Assembly (NCBI GenBank): GCA_964291395.2
Contig: OZ219858.1
Span: forward strand, 352,001 to 416,000
Length of the DNA stretch: 64,000 nucleotides
DNA from: Alphaproteobacteria bacterium
GTDB taxonomy: Bacteria; Pseudomonadota; Alphaproteobacteria; UBA2966
Direction: 5' to 3'
The notes below the pieces were generated by a model. The model made no database searches, had not been told where the DNA came from, and saw only the letters and a program-made list of their open reading frames with translations. The position numbers and the translations under genes are program-made. This document shows positions 1 to 9,878 of the stretch, one piece after another. How positions within the stretch are numbered: the first letter of the stretch is position 1; every line of letters begins with the position of its first letter.

Positions 1-951
1 TGCTCTGGTATCGGGCGAGGCATCTGGGTCCGTGGAACACGGCGATCGTGCCGTCGGGGTACTCGTGGACCCGGACGTAGTGAGGACGCTCCGGCCCGGC
101 GGGGAGCGACCCGTTTGCCGTAGCGCACGGTGTTGTCGCGCCCGACGGTGCGCTCTGTGTGGAGGCAGAGGATGTCGTCGATCTGGCCGGGCCGGACGGC
201 GACGGTCTTTGAACTCAGGCGGGGTTGCGAAGCGGCGGTTGTGGTCGGGTAGATAGCGCTCTTGGATGAAGCCGAGGGTGGTGATGCCGGAGTGCCAGTT
301 CTTTGACCAGGCGGCGAAGGCGCGCTCGGACGGCGCTCGGCTGGGTGCGCCGGCTTGTCCACCTTGCCGCCGGCCTCGGGTGTGTGGAAGTAGTGGCTGC
401 CGCGGTCGGTGTACAGAAGCGGGCAGGCCGGCTCGGTGACCTCCTTCAGTGCCTGGAAGGTGGACGCGGGCCTTCCTCCTCGACCAGGAGGCCGAGTAGA
501 CAGGGTGACGATCAGGTCCAGCGGCGCCTGGCGGCGAGCCACTCATGGCGTGAGCCGCCGATGCAGCATCATGCCGATGCAGGGCTTGCGCGGCCGCCGG
601 CGGCGATGCGCCCCGCGCCGCGGCGCCCTGGCGACCAACCCCGCCCGCTGCAGAGCGGTCTTGGTCCGTAGCTCCGAAAGCCGTGATGCTCGCGCAGATG
701 GTCGTGGAAGTGCTTGACCGTCCGCCCACATGGCGGGTGCGGTACTGGCACCCACTCGCATCCACGGAGACCCGGCGGCCTTGCCGAGGCGGCGGTCGAA
801 CAGGCCTTGCAGACCTTCCTCCTCGTAACGGCGCCGAAGCTGCGCTCCGACATCCCTAAAAGCTGCCGCGTCCAGCGCCACGCTTCGCCTCAAAGCGGCA
901 CATCGAAAAACTTCTCCATCCTGCGCTCTGTAGCCACATCGTCCGGTTCAT
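1..951 (-). pseudogene. Transposase pseudogene with many frameshifts and short deletions
   Basis: Transposase motifs are collinear but spread over several frames, with conserved segments missing between them. Confidence 0.88.
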
Positions 952-1015
952 CCAGGGACACCTAACCGGACAACTCTCGTGCTACATAAACCGGACAGAT
1001 CATCTGTTAGCGACA
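1..1015 (-). mobile_element. Degenerate insertion sequence, IS1202/ISNCY group (IS481-related DDE transposase); the other end lies outside the window
   Basis: Minus-strand fragments in shifting frames: MNRTMWLQ..., MSERSF, RRYEEEGLQGLFDRRLGKA, TVKHFHDHL, KTALQRAGLVARAPRRGAHRRRRPRKPCIGMMLH, LDLIVTL, LYTDRGSHYFHTPEAGGKVDK, RYLPDHNRRFA, VRVHEYPDGTIAVFHGPRCLARY. The end reads TGTCG on the minus strand from 1015, with AACCGGACA repeated at 964-972 and 989-997. Confidence 0.88.
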
Positions 1016-1101
1016 CTCGACAGGGCGGGGCTCGCGATGGCCGTATCGACTGTTGTAACCTGAACCCGCCCACCGGGAAGACGATAGGGCGCGGGGGAAC
1101 C

Positions 1102-2235
1102 ATGTCAGATCACGGCGCCGCACCAGCCATGTTCGAACCTTACGAACTGCGCGGCCTCAAGCTGGAAAACCGAGTCGTTGTCTCGCCCATGGACACGTAC
1201 TCGGCGGTCGACGGCTGTCCGACGGACTGGCATCTAGTGCATTACGGCACGCGCGCCATGGGGGGTGCGGGATTCATCGTCGCGGAGGGCACCGGCGTAT
1301 CGGGAACCGGCCGCATCACGCCGGGATGCGCCGGACTCTACCGGGACGAACAGGTCGCGGCCTGGCGCCGGGTGACCGACTTCGTGCACGAGCACACCCG
1401 GGCGAAGATCGGCGTCCAGATCTGCCACTCCGGCCGTCGCGGCTCCACAAAACGCATGTTCCACGGCCAGGATGACCCCCTGCCCGAGGGCAATTGGGAG
1501 ATCATCGCACCGTCACCCGTTGCCTACGGCGCCGACAATCAGGTGCCGACCCAGATGGACCGGGCGATGATGGACGAGGTCCACGAAGATTTTCGCCGTG
1601 CCGCCGTGAATGCGGTCACCGCCGGATTCGATGCCATCGAGTATCACTGCGCCCACGGTTACCTGATGTCGAGCTTTCTCTCGCCCATCGGAAACCAGCG
1701 CAACGATGAATACGGCGGAGAGCTGTCAGGCCGCTTACGGTACCCCCTGGAGGTGTTCGACTCCATCCGCGCCAGCGTTCCCGACGGGTTTCCCGTCGGC
1801 GTGCGCATCTCGTCGAGCGATCTCGTCGAGGGCGGGAATACGGACGATGACGCCGTCGAGATCGCGAAGGCCTTCAAAGCGCACGACGCCGACTACATCG
1901 CTTCGTCGTCTGGCGGCGCGGCGAAATGGACGCCCATCGCCCGTCCCGCACCGTTGGGTTACGTGCCCTATGCGCGCCGCATCAAGCACGAGGCGGGAAT
2001 CGCGTCGATCTGTGTCGGCAACATCAACACCGTCGAGGAGGTGACCGGTATTCTGGAACGCGGCGACGCCGACCTCGTGGCGCTCGGGCGGCAACACTTG
2101 CGCGATCCGTACTGGATGCTGCATGCGGCTCAGCAGCTCGAGTATCGGCCCTTCGACATCTGGCCCATCCAGTATACCACGGTGCCGCGCCAGGACCGTA
2201 TCTGGAAACGTGACCGGCAGGCCGCGGGTGGTTGA
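1102..2235 (+). CDS. NADH:flavin oxidoreductase, Old Yellow Enzyme family
   Basis: NRVVVSPM, EGT, QICHSGRRG, HCAHGYL (His/His/Tyr catalytic motif), RNDEYGG, GRQHLRDPYW. Start placed at ATG 1102 because the upstream ORF extension runs into the IS end. Confidence 0.9.
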   Translation: MSDHGAAPAMFEPYELRGLKLENRVVVSPMDTYSAVDGCPTDWHLVHYGTRAMGGAGFIVAEGTGVSGTGRITPGCAGLYRDEQVAAWRRVTDFVHEHTRAKIGVQICHSGRRGSTKRMFHGQDDPLPEGNWEIIAPSPVAYGADNQVPTQMDRAMMDEVHEDFRRAAVNAVTAGFDAIEYHCAHGYLMSSFLSPIGNQRNDEYGGELSGRLRYPLEVFDSIRASVPDGFPVGVRISSSDLVEGGNTDDDAVEIAKAFKAHDADYIASSSGGAAKWTPIARPAPLGYVPYARRIKHEAGIASICVGNINTVEEVTGILERGDADLVALGRQHLRDPYWMLHAAQQLEYRPFDIWPIQYTTVPRQDRIWKRDRQAAGG

Positions 2236-2285
2236 GCATCGGCTCGTACGTCGCCGCGGTCGGGGAGCAACGGGGAAATCGACGA

Positions 2286-3365
2286 ATGGCTGATCCGATC
2301 CGCGTCGGATTTCTGGGCATCGAGCACATCCACGCCGACTTCTGGCAGGAGGTTTTCCAGGACTCGCCGCACACGGAACTCGTCGGCGCCTGGTCGATCA
2401 CGCCGGGTCTGACCGCGAGCAAAGGCGCGGAGTTCGGGTACAAATCCTGGGAAGATCGTGATGCGCTCTTGGACGCCTCCGACGCCGTGGTGATCTGCGC
2501 ACCCACCATGCATCACGCCGACATGGTGGAGCTCGCCGCGCGGGCCGGCAAGAAGATCCTGCTGGAAAAGCCCATGGCCGCCACGACGGAACACCTCGAC
2601 CGCATCGGGGCGGTGCTGGAGGAGACCGGGGCTTGGCTGATGCAGGCCTATCCCAAGCGTTTCGACCCGATCAACAAGGAGATCCGCCAGATTCTCGACA
2701 GTGGCGATCTCGGGACGATTTCCCTGATGCGTATCCGTCACGGCCATGCCGGCGCCTCCAATCCGGTATTCGGCGGGACGTGGTTCACCGATCCGGACTT
2801 GGCCGGCGGGGGCACGATGATGGATGAAGGGTCCCACGCCGCGGATTTCGTCCGCCGCACGTTCGGTGACCCGGAGGAAGTCTCGTGCCTCATGTCGAAT
2901 TCGGCGCAGGGCTTCCCCGTAGAGGATACGGGCATCGCCATTTACAAGTGGTCCAACGGACTCGTCGGAGAGATCGTCTCGTGCTTCCAGTTCCACGGCG
3001 GCGAGAACTCGATCGAGGTCTACGGCACGCACGGGACGCTCATCGTGTCGGGTGTCGATCTCGGGTCCCGCGATCTCACCGAATCGGGTTTCCTCAAGAC
3101 GTTCGTCGTTCCCGGGGACTCGAACCGCGGCGGTGAGCTGGTGCTGCACGACGAGAAGAAATGGACCGTTTCGGACACCGTGCCCCAGTTCAAGAAAGAC
3201 ACGCCGACGTTCCACAAGAACGTCGCGTCCGCATTCGTGGACGCCATGGTGACCGGTGGCCCGCCGCCCTGTACTTATCTCGACGGCCGCCGGGCTTCCG
3301 AGATGATCATCGCCGCGTACGAGTCGGCGAAAACGGGCAGGGCCGTGAAGATCGAATACGGCTAA
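2286..3365 (+). CDS. Gfo/Idh/MocA family NAD(P)-dependent oxidoreductase
   Basis: N-terminal Rossmann-like segment, LLEKPMA motif, GGGTMMDEGSHAAD motif. Confidence 0.9.
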   Translation: MADPIRVGFLGIEHIHADFWQEVFQDSPHTELVGAWSITPGLTASKGAEFGYKSWEDRDALLDASDAVVICAPTMHHADMVELAARAGKKILLEKPMAATTEHLDRIGAVLEETGAWLMQAYPKRFDPINKEIRQILDSGDLGTISLMRIRHGHAGASNPVFGGTWFTDPDLAGGGTMMDEGSHAADFVRRTFGDPEEVSCLMSNSAQGFPVEDTGIAIYKWSNGLVGEIVSCFQFHGGENSIEVYGTHGTLIVSGVDLGSRDLTESGFLKTFVVPGDSNRGGELVLHDEKKWTVSDTVPQFKKDTPTFHKNVASAFVDAMVTGGPPPCTYLDGRRASEMIIAAYESAKTGRAVKIEYG

Positions 3366-3457
3366 CCGCGACCGACGATGAAGCGCCGCTTGCCCAACCT
3401 CTCCGACATCGTAGTACATTGCGGGGTGCGTGCACTCCGATCCACGGGATTGACGTC

Positions 3458-4405
3458 ATGAGCGTTGCCGCCCGATTGAACCAGGACAATGCGCCCCCGG
3501 AGACCGCCGGTGAGATTCCCGGGATCGCATGGGTGAACGGCGAGTTCCAGCCCCTGTCGGAAGCCAAGCTTTCGCTGCTCGACTGGGGCTTCGTGCGTGG
3601 CGACTGCACGTACGACGTGGCCAGCGTCTTCAAGGGCGCCTTCTTCCGCCTGGACGATCACGTGGACCGGTTCCTTTCCTCGATGGCCAAGTTGCGGCTC
3701 ACCATGCCGTTCGACCGGGACGGGCTGATCGACGTGATGACCGAATGCGCCCGGCGTCCGGGACTGCGCGACGCGTTCGTGAAAATGATATGCACGCGCG
3801 GCCTTCAGCCGCCCTCATTCTCCCGCAACCCGCGAGACGCGTTGAACCAGTTGTTCGTCTATTCCGTTCCCTACACCTTTTTCATGACGGAAGAGCAGCG
3901 TGCGCGGGGCATGCGCCTTCACGTGGCTTCGACGCCGCGCATCCCGACGGAGTGCATCGACCCTACCATCAAGAACTACAACAGACTGGATTTCGTGAGC
4001 GGAATATTCGAGGCCTACGACGCCGGTGCCGACCAGGTGGTCATGCCGGACATGCACGGCAACATCACCGAGGGCCTCGGGTTCAACGTTTTCGTCATCA
4101 GGGACGGCCGGGCGACCTCGCCGGGCACGGGCGTGCTCGAGGGCGTCACGCGAAAGGTCGTGCTCGAGCTGTGCGAGGACATCGGCCTGCCCGCTCGCCT
4201 CGGCACCGTCTCCGTGGAAGACCTCTTGAGCGCCGACGAGGCGTTTCTTTGTACCACCGCGGGCGGAGTCGTTGGAATCACCGAGGTCAACGGCCGCACC
4301 ATCGCCAACGGCATGCCCCGAGAAACGACTCGCCGGCTCGATGATCTGTACTGGGCCAAGCACGAGGATCCGGCGTACATCACGCCGATCGACTACGGCG
4401 CTTGA
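3458..4405 (+). CDS. PLP fold-type IV aminotransferase, (R)-amine/D-amino acid transaminase-like
   Basis: GFVRGDCTYDV, FRLDDHVDRF, catalytic Lys in DPTIKNY, EGLGFN, LEGVTR, TTAGG. Confidence 0.9.
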   Translation: MSVAARLNQDNAPPETAGEIPGIAWVNGEFQPLSEAKLSLLDWGFVRGDCTYDVASVFKGAFFRLDDHVDRFLSSMAKLRLTMPFDRDGLIDVMTECARRPGLRDAFVKMICTRGLQPPSFSRNPRDALNQLFVYSVPYTFFMTEEQRARGMRLHVASTPRIPTECIDPTIKNYNRLDFVSGIFEAYDAGADQVVMPDMHGNITEGLGFNVFVIRDGRATSPGTGVLEGVTRKVVLELCEDIGLPARLGTVSVEDLLSADEAFLCTTAGGVVGITEVNGRTIANGMPRETTRRLDDLYWAKHEDPAYITPIDYGA

Positions 4406-4409
4406 CCCG

Positions 4410-6110
4410 ATGACGCAAACCGCGGAACCGCTGCGGCCGACAGCAGACGCGCCCCTCGATCCCGTTACCCTGGGTATTCTCTGGGATCGCCTGATCTCGA
4501 TCACCGACGAAGGCGTTTCGGCGATGCTGCGGTCGTCCTTTTCGACGATCCTGCGGGAGTGTCTCGATCTCACCGCCATCCTGTTCGACGCCGATGGAAA
4601 CTCGATCGCCCAAGGGACCAAGAGCCTGCCTTCCTTTACCGGAACCGGGCCGGCGACCCTGCGCCACATTCTCGAGCGCCACCCGCCCGAGACCCTGAAC
4701 CCGGGTGACGCGATCGCGACCAACGACGCCTGGCAGGGGACGGGCCACTATTTCGACATTTGTGTCATGCGACCGGCGTTCCGCCACGGGCGCATCGTCG
4801 GCTACACCATGAGCATCTCGCACCTGCCCGATATCGGTGGCATCGGCTACACCGCCGCCGCCACGGACATCTATCAGGAGGGTCTGCGAATTCCAGCCTG
4901 CAAGCTGATGCAAGCGGGCGAGCCGAACGAGCTGGCGTTCGAATTCATCCGCGCGAACGTCCGGGTCCCGGAGCAGGTCGTGGGGGACATCATGGCCAAC
5001 GTCTCCTGTAACGAGGTGAGCGGCCAGAAGCTCGCGGAGTTCATGGACGAGACCGGCCTCGATGATCTGGGCCCGCTCTCCCACGCCATTCGCAGGCAGT
5101 CGGAACGCTCAATGCGCGACTGCATCCGGGGTATTCCCGACGGAGTCTACCGGAACCGGGTCGACATCGAAGGATTCGACGAATCCGTGCGGCTTGCCTG
5201 CAGCATCACGGTGAACGGGGACCACCTGCTGATCGACTACGACGGCACCGGGCCGTCCGTCAGCCGCGGGATCAACTGCGCCCTCAACATCACCTCCGCA
5301 TGGACCTATTTCGCGCTCAAGTGCCTGATGGCGGGAGACATCCCCAACAACCAGGGGTTTCTCGCTCCGGTCTCGATCAAAGCACCGGAGGGGTGCATCC
5401 TCAACGCCCGGCCACCGTCGCCCACGGCCGGCCGGCACCTCGTGGTGCACTTCATCCCGTCCCTTGTTTTCGGTGCCTTCGAGCAGGCCATTCCCGACGT
5501 GGTGCAGGCCGAGAGCGGCATGGTCGGCCACCTCACCGTCCAGGGCGTCCACCGCAACGGCCGCGAGATCTCGGATATCTTCACGGCGACGGGGGGCGTA
5601 GGCGGCGCCAGGGAGGCGGACGGCGCCGAGACCACCTCGACGCCGACCACCATCGGGGTCGTGCCCGTGGAGATCTGGGAGGCGCTGACCAGCATGACGG
5701 TCGAACGCAAGGCGTTCATTCCCGACAGCGGCGGCGGCGGCCGCACCCGGGGCGGCCTGGGCCAGGAAGTCGTGATCCGCAACGACAGCGGCAACACGCT
5801 GACGGTCTTCCCAATGGGGTACCGGACGGACTTTCCGGCACGGGGATACCACGGCGGCGCCGATGGCCGCCCCACCCGTTTCGAAGCGAACGGCAAGCCC
5901 CTGCATCCCAAGGACCGCTATCTGATGGCATCGGGCGACCGCGTGCGCATCATGGAAGCAGGCGGCGGCGGGTTCGGCGCCGCCAGGGACCGCGATCCCG
6001 AACGGGTCCTGGAAGATGTCCTCGAAGGTTACGTGAGCGTGGAATGCGCGCGGGAGGCCTACGGCGTCGAGGTTGACGCGGCCGCGCGGACCGCGCGCCG
6101 CCGGGCCTGA
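4410..6110 (+). CDS. Hydantoinase B/oxoprolinase family subunit (copy 1)
   Basis: FSTILRECLD, NDAWQGTGH, HLPDIGG, YQEGLRIP, DSGGGGRTRGGLG, GGGGFG...RDPERVLEDVLEGYVS. Confidence 0.93.
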   Translation: MTQTAEPLRPTADAPLDPVTLGILWDRLISITDEGVSAMLRSSFSTILRECLDLTAILFDADGNSIAQGTKSLPSFTGTGPATLRHILERHPPETLNPGDAIATNDAWQGTGHYFDICVMRPAFRHGRIVGYTMSISHLPDIGGIGYTAAATDIYQEGLRIPACKLMQAGEPNELAFEFIRANVRVPEQVVGDIMANVSCNEVSGQKLAEFMDETGLDDLGPLSHAIRRQSERSMRDCIRGIPDGVYRNRVDIEGFDESVRLACSITVNGDHLLIDYDGTGPSVSRGINCALNITSAWTYFALKCLMAGDIPNNQGFLAPVSIKAPEGCILNARPPSPTAGRHLVVHFIPSLVFGAFEQAIPDVVQAESGMVGHLTVQGVHRNGREISDIFTATGGVGGAREADGAETTSTPTTIGVVPVEIWEALTSMTVERKAFIPDSGGGGRTRGGLGQEVVIRNDSGNTLTVFPMGYRTDFPARGYHGGADGRPTRFEANGKPLHPKDRYLMASGDRVRIMEAGGGGFGAARDRDPERVLEDVLEGYVSVECAREAYGVEVDAAARTARRRA

Positions 6111-6145
6111 CCACTCGATCAAGAGGTTCGGACGGTCCTGATCTC

Positions 6146-8242
6146 ATGACCCATCGGGTTGGAGTCGACATCGGCGGAACGTTCACGGACTTCGCGCTCT
6201 TCGCCGAGGGGAGCGGCATCGTCGGTATCCACAAGCGGCTGACCACGCCTGGGGACCCCTCTCGGGCCGTCATCGAGGGTCTCCAGGACTTGTTGACCGA
6301 GAGCGGCGTGGCCTTCGCCGACGTCCAGGCCGTCGTTCACGGGACCACGCTCGTCACGAATGCCGTCATCGAGCGCCGGGGCGCTCCCACCGGTATGCTC
6401 GTCACCCAAGGTTTCCGCGACATCCTCGATATGCGTCGGGAACGGCGCTATGACCTCTACGACCTGACACCCGGATTTCCCGACCCGCTGGTGCCGAGGG
6501 CGCTGCGGCGCGAGGTCGACGAACGTATCCTGTTCGACGGCAGCGTCGAGCGGGCCGTCGATCTCGAGGAGGCCAAGTCGGACGTGGCGGAGCTGGTTAC
6601 CGACCACGATATCGGGGCGCTTGCGGTCTGCTTCATCAATTCCTACCTCAACCCGACCCACGAGCTTGCGGTGCGCGACGCCATCCAGGCCGCGTTTCCC
6701 GATCTGTTCGTCTCGACGTCGGCGGAGGTGTTTCCACACTGGCGTGAATTCGAACGCTGGACCACGGCCACGGCCAATGCCTTCACTCAGCCCGTGCTCG
6801 ACAGGTATTTGCGGCATATCGAACGCGAACTCGGCGCCTTGGGCTTTACCGGTCGCATCACCATGATGGCGTCGAATGGCGGTATGGTGACACTCGATAC
6901 GGCGCGGCGTTTCCCCGTCCGCATGATGGAATCGGGGCCTGCCGCGGGCGCCCTGATGTCGGCGCGTCACGGCGCCGCCCTAGGCCTCCCCGACGTCCTG
7001 TCCTTCGACATGGGAGGCACGACGGCGAAGGGAGCGCTGGTACGCGCCGGTTCGCCGCTCCGCACCTATGAACTCGAGGTGGCGCGGGTCAACGAGTTCA
7101 AGCCGGGGAGCGGCGTCCCCATCAAGATTCCCGTCATCGACATGATCGAAATCGGCGCGGGCGGCGGATCCATTGCCGAGATCGACGGCCGTGGCATGAT
7201 TCGTGTCGGGCCGCGCAGCGCCGGCGCCGATCCGGGCCCTGCGTGCTACGGGCAGAGAGGCGAGGCGGCGACTCTCACAGACGCCAACGTGGTACTCGGC
7301 TATCTCGATCCCGACTTTTTTCTCGGCGGCGAGATGCGACTCGATCCACGGGCTTCCGAAAGAGCGATTGCCGCGCACGTGGCCGATCCTCTGGACGTCT
7401 CGGTGGTTCGGGCGGCCTGGGGAATCCACGAAACCATCAACGAAGACGTGGCGCGGGCGTTCCGGGTGCACGCGGCGGAGAGGGGGTTCGACTACCGGGG
7501 CTGTACCATGATCGCGTTCGGCGGTTCCGGTCCCATTCATGCCCACGGCATTGCCGCCAAATTGAAGGTGCCTCGCGTGATCTTTCCACCGGCGGCCGGG
7601 GTCATGTCGGCGCTGGGCCTGCTCGTATGCCCGCTCTCGTTCGACGTCGCCCGCTCCAACCTTACCTTCGTCGACGCGCTCGGGGACGATTGGTACGAAC
7701 GCCACTACCGGCCGCTGGCCGACGAGGCCGTCGGCCTGATCCGAGCCGCGGGCGTCGCTGCCGCGGACGTCACGGTCATCCATCGCCTCGACATCCGCTA
7801 CCAGGGCCAGGGATTCGAGATCGAAGTCACCCTGCCGAACGAGGCTGATCCCGTGGTCATGCGGGATGCCATTCCCGACGCCTTCGGTGCGCGCTACCAG
7901 GAGATCTTCGCCATCCCCGGTCTCGACGAGCGCCTGGAAATCGTCAATTGGAAGGTGGAGGCGCGGGCGCCCGAACCGGAAGATTCCGGCATGCCGGCGT
8001 TCCTCGGTGTCGAGGCCGGCGAACGGGCGGCAAGAAAGCGCAGCCGCAGGGCGTATTTCCCCGAAGCCGACGACTTCTTCGATTGCCCGGTCCACGACCG
8101 GTACACGCTCGTGCCGGGCGACGCGGTGGAGGGGCCGGCCCTGATCGAGGAGCGGGAATCGACTTGCTTGCTCGGCGTTGGCGGCACCGCGCGCGTCGAC
8201 GAGCGTTACAACCTCGTCGTCGATCTGGCCGAAGCGACATAG
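6146..8242 (+). CDS. Hydantoinase A/oxoprolinase family ATPase subunit (copy 1)
   Basis: GVDIGGTFTD, HGTTLVTN, ESGPAAG, DMGGTT, GAGGGSIA, GPRSAGADPGPACY, FGGSGPIH. Confidence 0.95.
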   Translation: MTHRVGVDIGGTFTDFALFAEGSGIVGIHKRLTTPGDPSRAVIEGLQDLLTESGVAFADVQAVVHGTTLVTNAVIERRGAPTGMLVTQGFRDILDMRRERRYDLYDLTPGFPDPLVPRALRREVDERILFDGSVERAVDLEEAKSDVAELVTDHDIGALAVCFINSYLNPTHELAVRDAIQAAFPDLFVSTSAEVFPHWREFERWTTATANAFTQPVLDRYLRHIERELGALGFTGRITMMASNGGMVTLDTARRFPVRMMESGPAAGALMSARHGAALGLPDVLSFDMGGTTAKGALVRAGSPLRTYELEVARVNEFKPGSGVPIKIPVIDMIEIGAGGGSIAEIDGRGMIRVGPRSAGADPGPACYGQRGEAATLTDANVVLGYLDPDFFLGGEMRLDPRASERAIAAHVADPLDVSVVRAAWGIHETINEDVARAFRVHAAERGFDYRGCTMIAFGGSGPIHAHGIAAKLKVPRVIFPPAAGVMSALGLLVCPLSFDVARSNLTFVDALGDDWYERHYRPLADEAVGLIRAAGVAAADVTVIHRLDIRYQGQGFEIEVTLPNEADPVVMRDAIPDAFGARYQEIFAIPGLDERLEIVNWKVEARAPEPEDSGMPAFLGVEAGERAARKRSRRAYFPEADDFFDCPVHDRYTLVPGDAVEGPALIEERESTCLLGVGGTARVDERYNLVVDLAEAT

Positions 8243-8342
8243 CCCAAAGTCCGACCGTCGGTGCGGGGCTTGCCTGCACCGGCAGGATCGAGTGCAATCT
8301 CTCGACCTTCATGCGGATGAATCACGGACGATTCCAGCGATC

Positions 8343-9878
8343 ATGTCAGGCACGATCCTGAACCTCCTCTCGCGCGGCGCCGGAGCCGATACCGCGATCG
8401 GCGCTCCCGAAGCCCCGGGCCTCGGCTTTGACGGCTTGCGGCAACACGTGCGGGAGACCATCGGGACGCTCCGACGCCTCGGCATCGGCCGCAATGACCG
8501 CGTGGCCATCGTGCTCCCCAACGGACCTGACATGGCCAGCGCCTTCGTGTCGGTGGCCGCCGCCGCGACGACGGCACCCCTGAACCCGGCTTATCGCGAC
8601 GAGGAGTTCGAGTTCTACCTCGGCGATCTCAATGCGAAGGCATTGATCGTCGACGCCGATGGCGACTCGCCCGCGACCGCGGTGGCGGAACGCCTTGGGG
8701 TGGGTGTGCTGCGGCTTACGACCCGCTCGACGGAGGCCGCGGGACTGTTCGGCCTGAGGGGCGAGGCCGTCGATGAACCTTCCGGCGATGCCGAAGCGGC
8801 CGCAGAAGACGTCGCGCTGGTGCTTCACACGTCCGGCACCACTTCGCGGCCCAAGATCGTCCCGCTCAGCCACGCCAACGCATGCGCATCCGCCAAGAAC
8901 ATCTCGGCGACGCTGTCCTTGGGTCCGGAGGACCGTTGCCTCAACGTCATGCCCCTGTTCCATATTCACGGGCTGATGGCCGCCGTCCTCGCAAGCCTGT
9001 CGGCGGGTGCCTCGGTCCACTGTCCGCCCGGGTTCAATGCACTTGGATTTTTCGCCTGGCTCGACGAGGTCCGTCCGACTTGGTACACCGCCGTGCCCAC
9101 CATGCATCAGGCGATCCTGGCACGCGCCGAGCGCAATCGAGAGATCATCGGGCGGTCCAGGCTACGCCTCATTCGCTCGTCCAGCGCGTCGCTGCCGCCG
9201 CAGGTCATGGCGGAGCTGGAAGAGGTCTTCGGCGTTCCCGTTATCGAGTCCTACGGTATGACCGAAGCCGCGCATCAGATGGCCTCGAATCCCCTGCCGC
9301 CAAAACCGCGCAAACCCGGTTCGGTCGGGCTGCCCGCCGGCCCCGAGATCGCCATCCTCGGCGAGTCGGGCGCGCTCCAGCCCCAGGGTACCCAGGGCGA
9401 GGTCGCCATCAGGGGCGACAACGTCACGACCGGCTACGAGACCAACCCGGAGGCGAACGCCGGCGCCTTTACCGACGGCTGGTTCCGGACGGGAGACCTG
9501 GGTTTCTTCGACGAAGACGGATATCTCACCATCACCGGCCGGCTGAAGGAGATCATCAACCGCGGTGGCGAGAAGATCTCGCCACGCGAGGTCGACGAGG
9601 TCCTGACGGGTCACGACGCGGTGGCCCAGGCCGTCACCTTCGCGGTGCCGCACGGAAAGCTGGGCGAGGACGTCGCGGCGGCCGTCGTGCTGCGCGAGGG
9701 CAGGTCGCTGACCGAAAAGGAGTTGCGCGATTTTGCCGCGGAGCGGCTCGCCGCCTTCAAGGTTCCCCGCACCGTCGTGTTCCTCGACGAGATCCCCAAG
9801 GGCGCGACCGGCAAGCTGCAGCGCATCGGCCTCGCCGAGCGGCTCGGACTGACCAAAACCACCGTGGCCGCCCAATGA
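8343..9878 (+). CDS. Acyl-CoA synthetase (ANL family), probable oxalate--CoA ligase
   Basis: LHTSGTTSRPK, PLFHIHG, RSSSASL, YGMTEAAHQMASNP, FRTGD, INRGGEKISP, PKGATGK; translationally coupled to a PanE-like gene. Confidence 0.85.
   Translation: MSGTILNLLSRGAGADTAIGAPEAPGLGFDGLRQHVRETIGTLRRLGIGRNDRVAIVLPNGPDMASAFVSVAAAATTAPLNPAYRDEEFEFYLGDLNAKALIVDADGDSPATAVAERLGVGVLRLTTRSTEAAGLFGLRGEAVDEPSGDAEAAAEDVALVLHTSGTTSRPKIVPLSHANACASAKNISATLSLGPEDRCLNVMPLFHIHGLMAAVLASLSAGASVHCPPGFNALGFFAWLDEVRPTWYTAVPTMHQAILARAERNREIIGRSRLRLIRSSSASLPPQVMAELEEVFGVPVIESYGMTEAAHQMASNPLPPKPRKPGSVGLPAGPEIAILGESGALQPQGTQGEVAIRGDNVTTGYETNPEANAGAFTDGWFRTGDLGFFDEDGYLTITGRLKEIINRGGEKISPREVDEVLTGHDAVAQAVTFAVPHGKLGEDVAAAVVLREGRSLTEKELRDFAAERLAAFKVPRTVVFLDEIPKGATGKLQRIGLAERLGLTKTTVAAQ

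Noticed and set aside
8882-9874. Apparent 658-aa PanE fusion
   Set aside because: The upstream part is an Arg-rich alternative frame within the ligase gene; PanE starts at 9875.
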